Source: Candidatus Latescibacterota bacterium (GTDB taxonomy: Bacteria > Latescibacterota > UBA2968 > UBA8231). Taken from it: DNA of 64,000 bases. Made by a program: the position numbers and the translations under genes. The notes below the pieces were generated by a model. It saw only the letters and a list, made by a program, of their open reading frames with translations, searched no databases and had not been told where the DNA came from. Shown here piece by piece: positions 59,190-64,000 of the stretch. Location: assembly GCA_965243025.1 (NCBI GenBank), contig CBDETY010000003.1:1216001-1280000 (forward strand). Reading direction: 5' to 3'. Position 1 is the stretch's first letter, and the number at the start of each line of letters is the position of its first letter.

Positions 59190-60356
59190 TCAGATCGCGA
59201 TCCCCCGCTCGCCCCCGGTCAGCTCGTCATATCGAAGACGCTTTCCGGTCATACCTCGGGCGAGAACCACCATCATCTCAATCGTGTCCTTGTCGCGGAT
59301 GTTATGACGGCCGGCGAACTCGTTCAGGTATCGCTGCAGGTGCTTGAATGACATACGGAAGAAAGTACCTCCATAAGCCCGTTTCAGCACCGCCCAGTAT
59401 CCCTCGGCGGAGTTGGTATGCGCCATGCCCCGGACGTATTCCCCGACACCGTGATTCACGGACTCATGGTTGGGGAGCCCCTTGTAGCCGTGGTGCTGAT
59501 CGGTGTACTTCTTGGCATTCGGCTTGACGTTCGCCATCACCTGAGCCTGAAGCGTGATGGCCGTCACGTCAGGCACCGTTACGGCCCGGATTTCATTGGT
59601 TTTCCGATCCACGATTGCGACGACCGCCTGTTTGCCCACCGTGCCGCGCCCTTTCCGTAGCTTCTTGCGAGCGTGCTTGTTGGGCTCCTTGCCGCCGAAG
59701 TAGCTCTCGTCAATTTCCACCGGACCTTCCATCAGCTCGCCGGTGTTTTTCACGAATGCTTCCCGGATGCGGTGCATCAGGAACCAGGCACTCTTGTACG
59801 TGATTCCAAGGTGACGGCGTACCTGTATGGCGCTCACACCTCGCAGATGAGTGGTCACCAGAAACAGGCCGATTGCCCACTTCTGGTACCCCAACTTGGA
59901 GCCCTCCATCACGGTACCCTTTTTCACCGAGAAAAACTGATGACAGTCCCGACACCGATACGGCATTTTCGGGTGCTTCGAAACCGAGGTGCTGACCGAT
60001 CCGCAGGCCGGACAATACCGCTGGTCATTTGGCCACCTCTGCTCCTCGAACCATTTCTCCGCCGCCTTGTCGTCAGGGAACATGCGCATCAGTTCAGGGA
60101 GAGTAATCCCCTTGCGGTAGGCCCGTCCGGGTCCCTTGGAGCTATAGTTTGTCGGAAACTTGCTCATATCGGTATATGCTCGCTCATCGTCGTAATAAAT
60201 ATCAGCCATTATCCGCTTTTTGTCAAGGTCTAAGTCGTTGTTTTCAAAGAGTTTAGGCTTAAGGAGACGGTGAGGGATCGCCCTGGTGGGCTCTGGCGGT
60301 ACACCCGGTGAATTGGGCTTGACAACTCGTTTCTTAGTCCTGAACTTAGTACGCAT
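59190..60356 (-). CDS. IS1595-family DDE transposase
   Basis: Zn ribbon CPACG..YRCRDC, HTH (KSAWFLMHRIR), VEIDESYFGG, YTDQ, HTNSAEGYW, S.KHL.RY..EF..R.N; start either 60356 (strong SD) or 60167. Confidence 0.95.
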   Translation of the reverse strand: MRTKFRTKKRVVKPNSPGVPPEPTRAIPHRLLKPKLFENNDLDLDKKRIMADIYYDDERAYTDMSKFPTNYSSKGPGRAYRKGITLPELMRMFPDDKAAEKWFEEQRWPNDQRYCPACGSVSTSVSKHPKMPYRCRDCHQFFSVKKGTVMEGSKLGYQKWAIGLFLVTTHLRGVSAIQVRRHLGITYKSAWFLMHRIREAFVKNTGELMEGPVEIDESYFGGKEPNKHARKKLRKGRGTVGKQAVVAIVDRKTNEIRAVTVPDVTAITLQAQVMANVKPNAKKYTDQHHGYKGLPNHESVNHGVGEYVRGMAHTNSAEGYWAVLKRAYGGTFFRMSFKHLQRYLNEFAGRHNIRDKDTIEMMVVLARGMTGKRLRYDELTGGERGIAI

Positions 60357-60457
60357 AACGCCCTCCTTACTGTAGGTGGGTGGAGGTCAGCAAAAAGCTC
60401 ATCCCGCGAATCGAGAGTGGCTTTCTGCTGACTGTGGATGCGAGAAGTAACGGAATC

Positions 60458-60497
60458 AGCCGATCTGGTCGTCGTCAGCGACCTGATCGGCTTTTTT
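60458..60497 (+). terminator. Intrinsic terminator with no obvious upstream + strand CDS
   Basis: AGCCGATC-t-GGTCG loop CGACC-t-GATCGGCT followed by TTTTT. Confidence 0.75.
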
Positions 60498-60589
60498 CGT
60501 GCTTCTCGTCGAAATTCACATACAATATACATATCCCGCTGGGTTTCCGCAGGGGGCGGGATACTTCCACATATGACTGGGTACTGAAA

Positions 60590-61063
60590 ATGGATGCTCT
60601 CAAACCCTTTAGCGATGTCCTCGTTTCGCTACTGCCCGAATCCGATTCAGGCAAAATAATCTGGCTGATTGTTTTCGGTCTTTTCGTCTTGATTGTAACT
60701 GGACGTCTGAAATTGGAATGGATTGGACAAGGGATTCTATGGATCGTACAAGTCGTTATACGGATTGCAAAACACTTTTGGAGCCAAGCACAGAACAGGA
60801 AGGAACGAGAACGGATCAGGCGTCAACAGGCACGGGATAGTAGGGAACAACAACGGATCAAGCGTCAATATTGTTCAATTGGAAGACATTTCTTCCAAGG
60901 GATAGAGGGGATTAGGACTGTGACTTTTACTTGTAGATTCTGTCGGATAGAAAAGAAATTTGGCGAAATCGAATTTGATGAAGATTTTGAGTGGTGTTCC
61001 TATGGCCTTGAGGGGTCCGGGTGGGGTACATTGAAAGACCATGATGCCACCAAGGGTAGCTGA
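60590..61063 (+). CDS. Membrane-anchored passenger protein with C-x4-H...CxxC motif
   Basis: TM IIWLIVFGLFVLIV, charged coiled segment, CSIGRH...CRFC. Confidence 0.65.
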   Translation: MDALKPFSDVLVSLLPESDSGKIIWLIVFGLFVLIVTGRLKLEWIGQGILWIVQVVIRIAKHFWSQAQNRKERERIRRQQARDSREQQRIKRQYCSIGRHFFQGIEGIRTVTFTCRFCRIEKKFGEIEFDEDFEWCSYGLEGSGWGTLKDHDATKGS

Positions 61064-61141
61064 ATACCTGTGGGCTGTTAATCCGGAAAATCGACCATCT
61101 GAGCAGGGTAACATCAAAGCCAAAAGCTAAGAGTCATTCAC

Positions 61142-61165
61142 CCGTAACCCTCCGGTATAAGTTCC
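61142..61165 (-). repeat. Terminal inverted repeat (right)
   Basis: Reverse complement GGAACTTATACCGGAGGGTTACGG. Confidence 0.95.
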
Positions 61166-61173
61166 CACTTTTA
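61166..61173 (+). repeat. Target-site duplication, right copy (CACTTTTA)
   Basis: Identical to 55154-55161. Confidence 0.95.
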
Positions 61174-62677
61174 CGCGCGCTATGCCGAGGAGCGGGGCAA
61201 TGGCCTGGACGTGCCGGCCGCCATCGAGGTCACCTTTGCGAGCACGGGGCAGGCGATAGCGGTCGGGGCCATGACCACCGCGGGGGGCCTCGCGGTCCTG
61301 GTGGTGGGGGACTTCAGGGGATTCAGCCACTTCGGGCTGATTGCCGCGGTCGGAATCGGGTTCGCCCTGCTGGCGATGATCGTCGTGATGCCGGCGCTGG
61401 TGGCGGTCTGCGAGCAGCTGGGGCTGTTGTCCCTTGGCCTCCGCGCCCGGGACCAGGCCCGGGTACCGGGAAACAGCCGCTTTCCCCTGGCCGGCCTGGT
61501 GACCGCGGCGGCCCTCGTCTCGGTCCTGGTTGGAATCCTGGCGTTTCCGAGAACCGAGTTCGAGTACCGGTTCGGCGAGCTGGAGCCGGTATACGGCGAA
61601 TACAACAAACGGCGGGACAGGGTTCGGCAGGTATTCCCGCCCGCAGGGACACGCAACCAGGCCTACATCATCGCCGATTCCCCTGCGCAGGCGGCCGCCG
61701 CCGCCGCGGCCGTGAGGGAGCGCGCGGCGGCCGACACCCTGACACCGACCATCGCCGGGGTCGCCACCCTGCAGGACCGCTTTCCCGTGGAGGCCGCCGA
61801 ACAGCAGCGGAAACTGCGGCGCATCGCCGCCATCAGGGAGCGGCTCGAGGAGCCGTTGCTGCGGGCCGCCGGCGGTGAGCAGCTGCGCCGCCTGCGCGTC
61901 GCCGCCCAGACCCGGACCCCGCTGTCCTCCGACGACCTTCCCGCCTCCCTGAAGGACCCCTTTCTGACCAGGACCGGGGAGATCGGACACTTCGTGCGCA
62001 TCTCCCCGTCCGTGGGACTTTCGGACGGCCGCAACTCCATCGCCTTTCTCGAGGATGCCGGGACGGTGCGGAGCGCCGACGGAACGGTCTTCCACGCCGG
62101 CTCCCCCGCCCTCGCTGCGGCCGCGATCCTCCGGCGCGTGCGCGGCGAGTCCCCCTGGATGGTGGCCGCCTCGGCGATCCTGGTGACGCTGCTGATGTGG
62201 CTGAACTTCACCTCGCTGCGCTGGGCGGCGGTCGCCCTTTTGCCCCTTCTGGTAGGCGTCCTGTGGATGGTGACCGCCATGGCCGTTTTCGGCCTGCGCC
62301 TGAACTTCTACAACATGATCGTGCTGCCGGCGGTCCTCGGGATCGGCAACGACGCCGGGGCCCATCTCGCCCACCGCTACCGGGAGGAAGGCCCCGGCTC
62401 CATCCGGCGGGTGCTCGCCTCCACGGGGGAACACATCAGCGTCGGCTCGCTGACGACGGCGATCGCCTTTGCCGGCCCCCTGCTGAGCTTCCACCCCGGT
62501 CTTCGAACCATCGGAGTGCTGGCGATTACCGGCCTGGCGGCGACCTGGCTGGCCGCCCTCGTGGTGACCCCGGCGGTCCTGCAGTTCCTGTCCGACCGCG
62601 GGCAGTTGCCCGGGTTCAACCCGCGGAGGGAACCCGGTTCGGACGGCTCCCCGGACGCGGCCGGGAATCCCGCCTGA
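61166..62677 (+). pseudogene. MMPL/RND family transporter, 3' part
   Basis: HFYARYAEER...TG.AI..GA.TT, FRGFSHFG, LGIGNDAG.H..HRY.E, SLTT.I.F. Confidence 0.9.
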
Positions 62678-63849
62678 GATCGTGCACCAGCTGCGCCATC
62701 AGGCGGACGTGACAGTCGGCGATCACCGGCCAGCGGAACTGGCGCGTCTTGTCGGAGGCGCGGACGCGAGCCGCGTCGAGCCCACCCGGGTCCGTGTAGT
62801 AACGGAGTATGGCGTCGCGGAATTCCCCGGGGTGGCCGCTGCGGACGAGATGCCCGTTCTCCTCCTCGGTGATGACGTCCTGGATGCCCTCGAGCCGCGA
62901 GGCGATCGTCGGCAGTCCGCACAGCCCCGCCTCGAGCATTACGACCCCGAACCCCTCCATGGTGCCCGGAACCGGCACGTTGGGCATGATGAACAGGTCG
63001 GATCCGCGGTAGAGGCTGTGGAGGTGTTCGTCGGGCACGGCTCCGAGAAGGCGGACGCGATCCTCCAGGCCGCGGCGCGATGCCGCTTCCCGGATGTTTC
63101 CCGCTTCCGGCCCGGAGCCGGCCAGCCAGTAGTGGATGCTGTCCGGCAGCTCGGGCATCACCGCGTCGACGAACCAGCCGAACCCCTTGCGCTCCACCTG
63201 CCTGCCGACGCTGCAGAGCAGGAAGGCGTCCCCCCCCCGGCGGAGAGCCGAAGGGGCGCAACAGCTCCCGGCGCGGAACCTGGTGCCCGGCAGGCGGGGA
63301 AGGAGCGCCGGCAAAGCGGTCCTCGCGGATCCCGTTGGGGATGACGTGGAGCCTGGAGGGGGGCAACCCCCTGGCGACGCACTCCTCGCCGGTTGCCCGG
63401 CTGACCGCGGCGACTCCGTCGAGCGCCTCGAAGGCGTGCTCCAGAACGCGGCGGTAGGGAGCGAACGGCCAGGTGACGTCCTGACCGTGGGCTATCGCCA
63501 GGGTCGCGACCCCGGTATCGCGCAGCAGGCCCCGCAGGGGGGCGGCGAGGGCGGCGGGGATCATCGAGGAGAACAGCACGACGTCGACTGCCCCGGAACG
63601 GGCGGCCTCCTCGATGGCGCGGTATGCCCGCACCAGGTAGGGCGGGGTGCGCATGTAGATCCAGCGCCAGGAACTGCGCAGCACGACATCGCGAAGGGCG
63701 ACCTCGGGGTGCCGCGTCAGGGCACCGTGCAGATCGACGGCGACCCGCTGCATGCCGCCGACGTTGGCCAGCGGCCGGTCCGCAGGGGGAAAGGTGTGGG
63801 ACACGAAGAGCACTCCGAGCTGGCGGCGTTCGTTCTCTTCTGCAGGCAT
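62616..63849 (-). pseudogene. Glycosyltransferase family 4, frameshifted at a G9 tract (63230-63238)
   Basis: N-half FPP...GGMQ, AHGQD, IPNG in one frame; C-half SVGR..ERKG, EGFGVV.LEA in another; G9 to G8 joins them. Confidence 0.85.
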
Positions 63850-64000
63850 TGGGGCTCCGTTGGCGGGGAGTTGTGGGTGAGGCGGTCGTGGATCGCCGCA
63901 GCCGCGGTCGGATCCCGGGAAACGCCCCGGGAACCGGGAAATGGTTGGAAAACCTCAGGGGTGCGCAGCAACCTGGCCGGTTCCGCCCCCGGCTGTTTCC

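Larger units (their letters stand above)
55162..61165 (-). mobile_element. IS1595-family cargo transposon, 6004 bp
   Basis: 24-bp TIRs with one mismatch, 8-bp TSD, single IS1595 transposase, GC drop; removing the element restores DYGIHF-YARYAEER. Confidence 0.95.

Noticed and set aside
55162-61165. Prophage, integron or composite transposon interpretation
   Set aside because: No integrase, structural genes, attC-like repeats or second IS; the TIRs and TSD bound a single IS1595 element.
1-64000. CRISPR arrays, tRNA, rRNA
   Set aside because: No regularly spaced repeats or recognisable tRNA/rRNA seen by eye; tRNAscan-SE and a CRISPR finder would confirm.

Overview
High-GC bacterial chromosomal window. 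The gene content (paralogous secreted proteins ending in an FTPNGDG/FlgD-Ig domain, DUF6785-type membrane proteins, a C-terminal 'VETDSWARIK' motif, many sugar/acid catabolic enzymes) resembles Latescibacterota/Poribacteria-like FCB-group organisms; this assignment is inference. Contents: (1) 1-26 kb, a catabolic region with a decayed GH95 fucosidase, amidohydrolases, two enolase-superfamily enzymes, two GGTs, two BNR proteins and an RraA aldolase. (2) A complete pstSCAB-phoU-phoB-phoR operon with a three-unit Pho box. (3) A porin, tpx, a CBM9-like secreted protein plus DUF6785 transporter module, and a metal TonB-receptor locus preceded by a RAPP-ending uORF. (4) A GT2-DUF3047-MMPL-GT4 envelope locus whose MMPL gene is split by a 6004-bp IS1595-family cargo transposon (55162-61165; 24-bp TIRs, 8-bp TSD CACTTTTA) carrying about 10 passenger ORFs and structured non-coding segments on both sides of the transposase. 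No rRNA, tRNA or CRISPR array was seen. All calls come from motif recognition by eye; no database searches were run.
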